DNA of 64,000 bases from Octopus sinensis (Eukaryota), in the NCBI RefSeq assembly GCF_006345805.1, contig NC_042997.1:82088001-82152000 (forward strand), given 5' to 3'. Positions 40,410-51,900 of this stretch are shown here, one piece after another. Both the position numbers and the translations under genes were made by a program. Position 1 is the first letter of the stretch. The number at the start of each line of letters is the position of its first letter. The notes beneath the pieces are model-generated. The model saw only the letters and a program-made list of their open reading frames with translations, did not search any database and was not told the origin of the DNA.

Positions 40410-40527
40410 TGACGCATATTTGCCATTTCAATATGGCTACCCCTAAGGGTGGATGCTACTGTAGTTTTTAGTCCCAGGAGTACACACTCCTCCAGCTGAC
40501 CATAGACACACTTTCTGTGCCCTGTCA
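40410..40527. repeat. 118-bp direct repeat, copy 1 (TGAC...GTCA)
   Basis: Same length as and nearly identical to 45903-46020; (TA)n outside. Confidence 0.95.
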
Positions 40528-40572
40528 GTATTTGCAAAGGGAAGTCATCCTTCCCGTCTTCAACTTATGATA

Positions 40573-40617
40573 CACACGGACTCGAGTTTCCAGGTATTGA
40601 CCTCTCGTCAGCGTGTG
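40573..40617 (-). ncRNA. Minimal type I hammerhead ribozyme motif
   Basis: CACACG-CTGACGA-G.AGGT.CAAT.ACCT.G-GAA-AC-TCGA-GT-C-CGTGTG: 6-bp stem I, intact core, palindromic ACTCGAGT helix III, GUC triplet; G.G instead of G-C at the base of stem II. Confidence 0.78.
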
Positions 40618-40944
40618 ACAATCACAGTTGTCGGCGAATTTCTTTATTACGATTATAAAATCACTACATAGAAGGACAATACAGGACATACATACAAAAA
40701 ACAGTTAAGTGGTTCGATTAAAAATTTTCCATAACATTTGGATTATTCATTATACAAAATTTGTATTTAAATTGTCCTTTGCATGACCAATAGAACATTA
40801 CAACATTACATTAACTTGCGATCTTACCGATATTTTAAATCCCGGCAACCCATAAGGCCCCGCAGCTTTTCTTTCCTCTCCTCCATCCATAGTGAAGCTG
40901 GGTTTCTGACGCCCACCTTTTTTGCCACTTCCTTCCATCTTTTT

Positions 40945-43900
40945 TCATACACACCTCGTGGTAAGATCTTCTTTTCCAGCCCCATTTTGCTCTTCAGATG
41001 ATATCTGAAATAAGTGAGCAAGCCGGCCTGAGACAAAGGATCCTATTGCGACTCCTTCCATTCTTGTACGCCACATGCATTCTTTTACTACTGCAACCGT
41101 GCAGTGAAAACATGCCTCACCTTCCTTCGAGGGTCCAGTTGGCGGTATCATCTTAATCATAGACTCAGCCGACGACTTTACTCGTCCCAGATGCGATAAC
41201 ACGTGTTCTGCGTAACTTATCAAGTCTGACAACTTCCGACAGTGTACAAAAGCGTGCTGGACGGTTTCATCGTCCAACCCGTATCTTGGACACGTCGGTG
41301 GCACTGAAATTCCGTGTCGCGATAACTTCTCGTGAACAGGTAAAGCATTCCTATAACACTGCCAGGCCAGGGATCTTTGGAAATTATCCAAATACCCCGT
41401 CCTGAAAGTCTTTTTAAACAGGTTGGTAAGCTGGTCTTCGTCAAACCCCAGAGCCCCTCCTAGGACGTCGTCGTTCTTTGCCTCTACCAGCCTGCTATAA
41501 AATACCGAGGTGGTATTTCCCCAGCCGGCCTTGCCCGCCTTGTGGATCAGCGTGAGTGCCTGTCGGTACTCCTTTTGCCATAAAGTCAGATTCCGTCTTT
41601 TGATGCGACCGGGTTTAAAATTCACTAAGGAAGCCGGTCTCGGGAAAAATTCCCCTGCCAGCGGACTCCACACCTTATCACCCTCCAGGTGGTGCCAGAG
41701 ATGCTTCAGCCTCAACGCATGTCTGCGCATCATCAACCAAGGCATTCCTAACCCACCCTTTAACGGTTCCTGGCAGCAAATGGAGTGCCTCACAAGTGGC
41801 TTTCCTCCCTTCCACAAAAAGCGGGAAAGGATTCGCTCCAACTTGCTAAGCCATGAATCGGGGCAAGGGACAACGGTCAGGCGGTAAGTGATTACAGATG
41901 CAATGAACATCTGTACCACCTCCGCCCTTCCTTTCAAGGACAGAAACTTTCCGGACTAGGTCCGTACTATGGCCTCCACCTTGCTCGTCACCTCACTCCA
42001 ATTCCTCTCCGTTTGGGAGTCTGACCCAAACCAAACTCCTAGCAACTTAACAGGACCATCCGTCCAGTGTCCCACGACACTGGACGATATCGACTTGCTC
42101 CTCCAGGTGCTGAGGCGCAAGCCAACCGACTTGTCCTTGTTAACCCTTGCTCCTGCCACCGCCTCGTATCCTCTGATAGCCTCTTCTACACAAAGTAGCT
42201 GGGCCTCATTGGACACGATGAAGGTGACGTCATCCGCATAAGCAGTAACCGTCCTCCCACCTCCGATCTCATCCGGGTTACTTCCCAGCCTCTCCAACTT
42301 TCGCAGCAATGGCTCGAGAGCCAACACGTACAAAAGTGGTGACAAGGGGCACCCTTGACGAACTGAACATTCGATCGAAAACGGTTCCGTTAGGTAACCG
42401 TTTATCTGGACGGTGGACTTGATGCCGCTATACATAGCGGAGATCCACCCGCGAAATTCAGGGCCCAGTCCAGCCGCTTCGAGGACCGTCGCCAGGTACT
42501 TATGGTCTACCCTATCGAACGCTTTACTTTGGTCTAAATGGACCATTACCCCGCCCTTGCCGGTTAATTTACCCACCCTATCTAAGGTGTAGCGTATAAG
42601 GTGAAGATTGTCCTGGATCGACCTGCCTGGAATTGCACATGTCTGTGCTTTCCTTACAAGTTTCTCCACGACAATCGTCAACCTTTTTGCCAACACCTTG
42701 GCCAAAATCTTTAACTCTACATTAAGTAGAGTTATGGGCCTGTAATTACTAATGTTATCCCCCTTGCTCGGGTCTTTCTGGATTAGCGTCACCACTCCCC
42801 GGCTTACAGAACTGGGAATTCTCCCATTCTGCTGCCAGTTCGTGTAGACGCCTGCCAATATTCCCCCGAACAAGTCCGGCATACTTTGGTAAAACTCGTA
42901 GGGCAGACCATCCAACCCCGGCGACTTCTCCCCGGCGCATCCGGCCAGTATCCCCTCTATCTCCGCGGGAGTGATCGCTTATTCACAGCACTCCAGCACT
43001 AGGAAGTCCTTTAAGGCCCTCCCCCGCTCCGGCGCCACACCACCCCGAACGCGCGGGCGAAATGCTGGTGAAGAAACTTTTGCATCTCCTCCTGTCCATA
43101 GATCTTTTGTCCCTGTTCGTCAGTTAAAGACTTGATTGAAGCTTTGTTACCTCTCTGACTCTCCACTCGACGGGCCCATCCGGCAACGTTAATACCTTCT
43201 CGTTTCCCAGCGCGTAGCTTAGCTCTAACTCTGCAACCTTCGTGTTTGGAGTTAAGGTGACGGTACAATACCGTCCTTGCCGCCATCACTCCGGATGCAG
43301 AGCCAGCTTCCATTGCCTCGTTTAGATTCTTAACTAAATCGTCCTCTATCCTAGACCTATCTAATCTTAGCTGATTGCTAAATCTAATGGACTCTGAACG
43401 AATGGCTCTTTTGAGGGAGTGCCACCATCTATTGTTAATGATGGTGCCACACAATGCCCTCTGTACTAACACCTTAATCCGGGTACGGAAGTCTTCACAA
43501 TTCAAAATAGACTTGTTCAGCTTCCAGTACCCGGGTCCCTGTCTATGGCACTTATCTAATTGCACCCTACAAGTCACAAATTTGTGATCCGTGTAAGGCA
43601 CAATGTGAAACTGTGGACAACTAAACGTATCCTTATCTCTTTTCCTAACGAATATCCTATCTATATACGATCTGCGTGAGCCGTCGTTGTTACTCCACGT
43701 CCACTGTGGAACGCTCAGCTCATCCAGTCGATAACGGTCCACTAGATCAAAGCTCTCTAGTAGACCCTTGAGGCTAGGGTTCCCCTTCCTATTGGTTGAG
43801 CCAACACTGTCAACCCGCGCTTCAAGGACAGTGTTAAAGTCCCCTACTAAGACTACCGTTTTCGACGTCGCTAAAAAGGGCTCCAGATTCCGAAAAAACC

Positions 43901-44252
43901 CCGCCTGCCTACACTCATTCGGAGCGTAGACAGCTGCTAACCTGAAGGACTGTTTACTTACGTGGGTCACATCCAGAACGACCAGCCTGCATTCTGGGTC
44001 CAGAAAGACAGTACTTACCTGCAAGTCCAAGCTCTTCCTGATAAGGACTGCCACGCCTCTTCCTCTTCCTCGGCTAGGAGAAATATATTTCTCGAAACCA
44101 TTTAGAAGAGGCGAGAACGCTTGGGCCCCGTTCATCTTGGACTCGGTTACAATAGCTACGTCCACTCCGTGTGTCGTGAGGTCGTTCAGGAAACAAATTT
44201 GTTTCCATTTCGACCCCATTCCACGCACATTTACACAACCCAGCTTTGCCAT
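40945..44252 (-). pseudogene. Tx1/L1 ORF2 (APE endonuclease, RT, C-terminal Cys/His domain) with few lesions
   Basis: CVNVRG, VTESK, AVYAPN, GDFN, SRRSYIDRI, YTDH; KSPGLDGLP, NYRPITLLN, DQSKAFDRVDH, QGCPLSP, AYADD; CPRYG..ETVQHAFVHC. Frameshift and stop near 43050-42975; in-frame TAG at 41956-41958. Confidence 0.9.
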
Positions 44253-44279
44253 TGTCGGAGAGAGAAAAAATAAACAAAC

Positions 44280-45530
44280 TTACGGTTGGGACAGGGAGCA
44301 TGACAGTTTAAATCTGCCTGCTTCCCCTTCTTCCTCCCTTGTGGTCGTAGCTACAGGGCTCTTAACCGGCGTTGCCATCGGGCTCTGGGTAGGTGTGGTT
44401 GCCGGGGTTATAATAAGTTTACCCTCCAGTATTTCCTTCGTTACATCTCTTATAAGATTATTCTTTAAATGTTCTTGTAGTGTTTTTTCCTTCCACTCGT
44501 CTTCCTTTATTTTTGCGAAGCGAGTGGTTGATTTTGTGTCTGTAGACTTACTGAATAGTTTAAATTTTGAAAATTTGAAATACTTGTACACCCTATCGTG
44601 CTTCTCGTCAAATGCTATAATCTTATCATTTTTTTTAAACATTTTTTTCAAATCTTGTTTTATGGGGAGGGGCTTGGCGAACTGTGTTCCAATGAATACA
44701 GTGCCGTGGGGGTAGGGCTGGGGAATTTGTTTTGTATGTATGTCTGCGGTGTTTGCTGATTTTTTCTTTGTTTGGGGAGGGGAGTCCAGGGTGTTATCTT
44801 TTTTTCTTTTGTGTGTCACATGTGTATATTCCATTTGTTCATTAAAATCTTCTGTTTCGGTTCCTTTCCTTGTCGCAGTCTTGGGTTCTTTTTCCGCCTT
44901 TTCTTTTTCAGTGTTTGAAGCACTTTGAGGAGGGGCTTCGTTGATTTTCTTTTTTTTAAAACAGGTTGAGCGGACGTGACCCTTTTCGCCGCATTTGAAG
45001 CACCTAGGTCTGCGCCCCTCCACTGACACTCTCATTGAAGTTCCCTCCTCATTAAATACCCTATCGGGTAAGTTTTCTAGTATCTTATTTTCTGCTTGAA
45101 CGAGGAGTTCTAGCGTTTGTCCTTTCCAGTGCACCTCCTCTTTCCTTCTCATCTGCAGAATTGAAACTTCTTGCTCTACGTTGTGCAGGAATGCCGCTGC
45201 TACCCACATTATATCATACCCTCTCGGTATATCCTCTACATGTAGTTTGGCTGATCTTTTCCCCATATACGAAGGTAGCAACATGATATCCTCACTTTTC
45301 AAGGTCATTGATGACACCTCTCTTGCCACATCAGCCGAGTCGAAATGTGCTTCATTTCCTTCCGTTTTTAGCAAGTTCCGGTATTCGAATAACTGTTCAA
45401 TCTTAAATTCTACATCCGTTACGGTTCCGCCCACTGCGGCCGAAAAAGACTGTTTTTTGACTTCGGTATCCTTTTGTTCACCTTTTCCCATCACGGGAAA
45501 GTCACTCCTCGACGCCAAGTCGAAATCCAT
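44280..45530 (-). CDS. Tx1/L1 ORF1 gag-like protein with CCHC zinc knuckle (416 aa)
   Basis: Open 416-aa frame with CFKCGEKGHVRSTC; stop lies 27 nt before the ORF2 ATG. Confidence 0.85.
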   Translation of the reverse strand: MDFDLASRSDFPVMGKGEQKDTEVKKQSFSAAVGGTVTDVEFKIEQLFEYRNLLKTEGNEAHFDSADVAREVSSMTLKSEDIMLLPSYMGKRSAKLHVEDIPRGYDIMWVAAAFLHNVEQEVSILQMRRKEEVHWKGQTLELLVQAENKILENLPDRVFNEEGTSMRVSVEGRRPRCFKCGEKGHVRSTCFKKKKINEAPPQSASNTEKEKAEKEPKTATRKGTETEDFNEQMEYTHVTHKRKKDNTLDSPPQTKKKSANTADIHTKQIPQPYPHGTVFIGTQFAKPLPIKQDLKKMFKKNDKIIAFDEKHDRVYKYFKFSKFKLFSKSTDTKSTTRFAKIKEDEWKEKTLQEHLKNNLIRDVTKEILEGKLIITPATTPTQSPMATPVKSPVATTTREEEGEAGRFKLSCSLSQP

Positions 45531-45902
45531 TTCTCAAAATTATGAGAACAAATGTTTCAAAAACATTACCTCGAAGATAATGACAGTGTTTAAACACAGA
45601 ATTTTCTGCCTCGTAGGGCAAAAATTACTGTTACACAACGGACAACTGTTCAATTCACGAGTAACACAAACAACGACGAACAAAAAATACGAACTCACTC
45701 AACAAAAAGGCAGCAAAATTCTCAAAACGCAGATGAAAGAGGGGTCCCTACGCGAATAACAATCATAGTTGTCGGCGAGAATTAGATTTCCTTCACAAAT
45801 ACTTATACTTTTTCCAGCGTCCACTGTCGCTGATATTGAAAAAGTGAAATCAAACAATCATAAATATCAAAGTGAGTTATATACAGTAGCGGTAACACAT
45901 CG

Positions 45903-46020
45903 TGACGCATATTTGCCATTTCAATATGGCTACCCCTAAGGGTGGATGCTACTGTAGTTTTTAGCCCTAGGAGGACACACTCCTCCAGCTGGCCATAGAC
46001 ACACTTTCTGTGCCCTGTCA
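45903..46020. repeat. 118-bp direct repeat, copy 2
   Basis: See 40410-40527; followed by (TA)n. Confidence 0.95.
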
Positions 46021-46058
46021 TATATATATATATATATAATATATATATATATATATAC

Positions 46059-46088
46059 ACTACCAGAGATACCCGGCGTTTCTCGGGA
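46059..46088 (-). mobile_element. Isolated Helitron-type 3' hairpin terminus
   Basis: CCCGGCGTTTCTCGGG, as at 33420 and 37535. Confidence 0.55.
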
Positions 46089-46262
46089 TTAAATGGCATA
46101 GGTTTTTATTGTTTTACTTGTTTCGGTCATGTGACTGCGTACATGCTGGAGCAACGCCTTTAGTTGAAGAAACTGACCCCAGGATTTATTCTATCAGACT
46201 GTTTTGCCACACGGCTAAGTTATGGGGACGTGAACACAGCAACATCGGTTGTCAAGTGATGG
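46085..46262 (-). mobile_element. SINE 3' half
   Basis: Reverse-orientation homologue of 14030-14200. Confidence 0.75.
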
Positions 46263-46506
46263 TAGGGGGTACACACACAGACACAGACATACACACACGC
46301 ACACATACATATATATAACAACATTGTATACGACCTGAGATGTTTTCCTTGCTTTATATATATAACAAAGTGGATTTGTAAGGTACCACTCGAGTGAAAT
46401 TATATAGTGAAATTATATATGAAAGAAGGTTTGAAAATGCAATTTTAAGAGATGTTTATTTACTTGACCGTTTTTACTATATATGTATGTATATATATAT
46501 ATATAT

Positions 46507-46553
<47 letters not shown>

Positions 46554-46554
46554 C

Positions 46555-46691
46555 AGGATTGGTGTGTGATAAGTAGCTTGCTTCCCAACTGCGTGGCACC
46601 CTAGGCAAGTGTCTTCTACTTTAGCCTCGGGCTGACCAAAGCCTTGTGAGTGTGAGTGGATTATGTAGACGGAAACTGAAAGAAGCACGTC

Positions 46692-46693
<2 letters not shown>
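46555..46693 (+). mobile_element. tRNA-derived SINE, internally deleted
   Basis: AAGTAGCTTGCTT..GCGTGGCACC..AAGTGTCTTCTACT..GGAAACTGAAAGAAGC. Confidence 0.8.
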
Positions 46694-46756
<63 letters not shown>

Positions 46757-47539
46757 TATATGAAAGAATGGAGCTGAACGACTAGTTAACAAATATCCTT
46801 TATTTTCGACATATGTTTCGAAGGCTGCATATTCCTAATTCCGAAGAAATAAGGAGTACATTATGCAGATTTCTCATCAGGAAAATCAAGGAACTTATGT
46901 CGACATCAAAATACACAAAAAACCTTTTAGCTGAGCGCTCTCGAGGAGCCCATTGCGATAATGAGTGTCTCTTTATAAGGAGTGACGTCAGAGTGGCTGA
47001 ATGTAGAAGACACCCCAAAAGTCAAAAAGATTTTCTTATATTTCCAATTACTACTATCCATTCTTGCGTTGCCTCTCACCTCGCCCGATTCTTTCTCCCT
47101 TTCGCTATCTACTTTCCTTTCTCTACAGTAAACATAATCGAACACACAGACACAGACCTGTCACCTCACAGCTGTCAGTTTTCTGACATCTACCCATCCA
47201 CAAACACAATCACGCATTCAGACACACACATACACACATTAAGACAGTTATATACAGTCACACACACATGCACTCATTCATAAAAGAAATCATTTAAACC
47301 CACCATTCTTTTGACCTGCACTCTCTCACCTTACTATTCTTATGCCTCCCTCCTCCTACTTCGTTTGAACCCTTGAACCTTTTGAACCTTCTACATTCTT
47401 CTACATTCAGCCACTCTGACGTCACTCCTTATAAAGAGACACTTATATTGGTGTACATGTAATATGTACACATATATATTCACATATATACATGTATACA
47501 TATATACACCCATACACACACACCCACACTCATAAATAT

Positions 47540-47883
47540 GTGCAGGTGTGGCTGTGTAGTAACAAACTTGGTTCCAAAACACATGGTCCTGGGTTCAGTC
47601 CCATTGTATGGTGACTTGGCATATGTCTTCTGCTATAGCCTCAGACCAACGAAAGCCTTGTCAGTGGATTTTGCAGACAGAAACTGAAAGAAATCAATCG
47701 TATATATATGTATGTATATATGTAAGTCTGTGTGTGTGTCTTTGTGTTTCTCCTTCATCGCTGCCTCACAACTGGTGTTCGTTTATTTACATCCCCATAA
47801 CTTACTGGTTTCACAAGAAGAAACTGATAGAATAAGTACCAGGCTTATCAAAATATAAAAGACACTAGGCAGTATCTCATATC

Positions 47884-47959
<76 letters not shown>

Positions 47960-48185
47960 TACATATATATATATATATATATGGATTTCGTAGACAGAAA
48001 ATTAAAGAAATCAATCGTATATATATGTATGTATATATTTAAGTGTATGTGTGTGATTTTGTTTCTGTGTTTCACCCTCATCACTGCTTCACAAATGCTG
48101 TTTGTTTATTTACATCCCCATAACTTACTGGTTTCACAAGAAGAAACTAATAGAATAAGTCCAGGCTTATCAATATAAAAGAAGC
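47540..48185 (+). mobile_element. tRNA-derived SINE with microsatellite middle and duplicated 3' half
   Basis: A-box-like GTGGCTGTGTAGT, B-box GGTTCAGTCCC; TTTACATCCCCATAACTTAC..GAATAAGT tail occurs twice (47780 and 48110). Confidence 0.78.
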
Positions 48186-48243
48186 ACTACGCTGTGTCTC
48201 ATATTTTTGTTTACCCACTCAGTTGTATCTATCAATTTATCTT

Positions 48244-48277
<34 letters not shown>

Positions 48278-48294
48278 ATACACACACACACACT

Positions 48295-48328
<34 letters not shown>

Positions 48329-48942
48329 CACATGGATGTATATGTGTACATTCATATTTATTATATCAAAGACAATGTTTTTATGCGTTCGTGTATTACT
48401 TGTACATTCGAATACTGCTGCACCGATCTTAATGAAATTTGGAACACAAAATCGATGCCTAGGGAGAAGGGTAATGCTGCGTGTTTCATAGAATTTTATG
48501 GACCAAAATTACTGAATGGATCCTTATGATATTTGAAACTTAGATTCAATGCATAAGGGCGGGTATAATGCAATATGTTTGGTTTGAATTTCAGATGGCT
48601 TAAAGGGGGCAGAACCCCACATGAAAATTCATAAATTTTCGATGTTGATGAAATTTCAACCATGGGTAATTGACACACATCAAGAAGTATTCTCAAAGTT
48701 TCCACTTCACATGAGGATTCTAAGACACCCTAATGGGGGTCTTAACTCCCAAATTTTAGTCATTTCTTTCATCAACCAAAACTAAGTAAAAAGTACTGAA
48801 TGGATCTTTATGAAATTTGGAAATTATATTCTATGCATGAGGGCCACAACCCCCATGACAATTCATATATTTTTGTTGTGATGTAATTTTAACCATAGAT
48901 ATTAGATACAAATGAAGTAATATTTATAAAATTTCATCTTCT

Positions 48943-49042
48943 NNNNNNNNNNNNNNNNNNNNNNNNNNNNNNNNNNNNNNNNNNNNNNNNNNNNNNNNNN
49001 NNNNNNNNNNNNNNNNNNNNNNNNNNNNNNNNNNNNNNNNNN
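48943..49042. other. Assembly gap (100 N)
   Basis: Run of N. Confidence 1.
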
Positions 49043-49167
49043 AATTCAAAATGAAAAATTAAAATACACCATCTAGAAAATTACTTATAAAAGAATATTA
49101 AATATAAGATAAAAAATATAACGATGATTAAGTAATATACAAAATAATAAATAAAACGTATATATTT

Positions 49168-49208
<41 letters not shown>

Positions 49209-49465
49209 CATTGGGATATCCCAGAAACAGCTGTAAGACTTTGAATTTGTCCAATAATGATAATAAGGTATATGACTTGAGATGATTGCCTTGCCTTAAC
49301 GTTTCTTGTCCACTTTAACAATTGTATATTCGCTATATTGGAAATCTGCAATGGCCCCGAAACTACCGTCTCGGCTATAATCTTGGAGCCCTAGTAATTT
49401 GTTGAAGCACTTACCTAGCGTACTTAATCGTCTAGATCAGCTCGTTTAGATAAACTCCCATATTT

Positions 49466-49549
<84 letters not shown>

Positions 49550-51144
49550 ATACTACGGGCCCAAATTTCGTTGCAAATATCAATCTCGAAATGTTTAAAT
49601 TAATCACCAACGACATTAGCCACTCTGAGAAGGTCTGCGAATGTTAAGGGTGCAGTCACTTCTCTTTAGAATACACAAAATACTTAAAACGCGTGCATTT
49701 AAAATGTGAAAACTGGAATCATTGTTGTTTATAGGACAGTATCCTGTTTTGTTTCATTGTTTTCTTCTCCATCCATCCATCCAGCCAAATTTTCCAGCCA
49801 TTAATCGTGGAAGGGTTGCAGCAGTAGATTCCTCGGGTATCTCTTCCATAAGGTCCTGTTAGAAGCAACCGCCGTTAGACCTTCCGGTTGACACCAGCCT
49901 GAACAATTGACACTATAGATATTATACAGCCATTTTTTTCCCTCGGTCTACCCCTACGCCTCTTGCCAGTTGGCGCGGCTTGAACACACCTCTTGCAATT
50001 ATTTCCTGCAACATTCTAAACAGATCTGTCGTACTAGAGCTGTGACCTCCCAAGGCGGAGAAATAGGGGCTCGACCATGAAGTCCTTGCTAGTCAACCTT
50101 TCGTTTAATGTTACTTCAGAACCTTTCAAAGGAATCTCTTTTGTGATCACTTGTATTTGCGATTGTATTCTTGTGGTCATTAACCGACATTCATGGCCAT
50201 ATATGAGGAAAGGCATGTAACACGAATTAAAGAAATTCAATTTGGTATTTTTGCTAACCTTTCCTCTCTTCTGAGGATCGATTGCTGGTGCTGGTGCATT
50301 CTGTGACAGTACCAGTAATTCTAACGTCCAGTTCAGCCTCCTGCCTTCCATAAATCGTGGAACTTCACCTAAACTTCTCCACCTATCTCAAGGATATTCT
50401 ATAAACAAAGAGAATGTGCAGGAAAGGCTGTTTTGAGATGGCTAAAGCCTCAATCTTCACAGCACAAATTCTCATCCCTGTCTTGTAACACTCGTCAGCG
50501 AACCTATTAAATGCACGCTGGAGAACATCTTTTTCTCTTTTGCTATTTTCAATTGCAGAATGCGATTCAGAAACGTAAGATAGTTGTACACACACGTCAA
50601 ACTCACTATAGAGTAGAGGATCGAAGTATTTTTCTTATCGTCCCCAGTAAACTCAATTCATTGCTATCCTTCTCGAATGAAAGACTTAATTTGAAAAAGT
50701 CGGTTTCGCAGAGTTAGTAGCGTTGTTGCGATGCCAAATTTAATTTCGCTCATCTGACCACCAGAAACTTTTCGTAGAACCGACACTAGTGCTAACATGT
50801 CACCATTCTGAATATATCTTCAAGACACCAGTGTTGGACATCCTCAGTAGAGGCCAAAAGCACTGCCCTACCTCTAAGTTGTAACACGACAGGCTTTCGG
50901 TTAGTCTGTCACTTAATGCACGCTTCTAACTGACGTTCTTGCAAAAAGAAAAGTTAAAATAAGTTAAATTTAAATTATAAGTGCACACCATAAAGAACAG
51001 AAAAAGATTAGATGTACTTTTTTAGCAACGGTATTAATGGCATATAAATAAATTAACATCAAATAAATATATTGAGATTTCAGGTTTTATGCAAACGCAT
51101 TTCGAGAACAGTATAATATTTTCTGCATTTTCTATTCGTTTCAG

Positions 51145-51900
51145 ATGAAGTTAAAGAAATTGCCAAGAAATCATGTACAGCAGAAAATGTTCAACAGAAT
51201 AAATTTCATTTCTCTCATCCAGAGGAAAAAAAATTTATTCAATGTGACGAGTGGGTCACAAAAGGCCTATACATGCGATAGAGAGAATAGCATAATTGGA
51301 ACTCAACCAACGGTAAACACCCCGACAACAACCAAATCCACCATTACCAATCCCTGTACCAAGGAGAATATTGACGCCGGTAGATTCTATTTCGCTTATT
51401 CAAACGAAAACTTCTTTATTCATTGTAACAAGTGGGGTGCATATTGTGTAATGCCGTGTGCACCGGGTACAAAATGGTTACAAGTCATCGAGAGCTGCGT
51501 TGCAGATGATAGCAATGTTAAAACCACGACAACCACCAAATACGACATTACCAATCCCTGTACCAAGGAGAATATTAAAGCCGGTAGAATAATTTTCCCT
51601 CATCCAAACAAAAATTACGTTATTCGATGTGACCTGTGGGGTAATTACTATGAAATTCCGTGTGCACCGGGTACACAATGGTCACAAAGCGACTATACCT
51701 GCATTTAACCAACCAAGCCGACGACGAGTAAATCCCCTAGTAACAATCCCTGTATGAAGGAGAAAATTGGCTTTGGTAATTTTTTTCCATTATTCAAATA
51801 AAAAATGTTCTTTATTCAATGTATCTCAGTTGGTATATACTTTGTAATGCCCTGTCGGCAAGGGTCATCGTGGTCAGAAAACTCGATGTCTTGTTCATGA
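51145..51900 (+). pseudogene. Duplicate of the chitin-binding exon, with the same lesions
   Basis: Identical 187-aa ORF and identical downstream decayed repeat. Confidence 0.75.

Larger units (their letters stand above)
40638..45758 (-). mobile_element. Full-length Tx1/L1-clade non-LTR retrotransposon with 20-bp TSD
   Basis: Two ORFs; TSD ACAATCA(C/T)AGTTGTCGGCGA at 40618-40637 and 45759-45778; 3' end AATAAAGAAAT. Confidence 0.92.

Noticed and set aside
40410-46020. Autonomous LTR retrotransposon with 118-bp LTRs
   Set aside because: The internal ORFs are non-LTR (APE + RT, no integrase or protease) and have their own TSD inside the repeats; no PBS or PPT.
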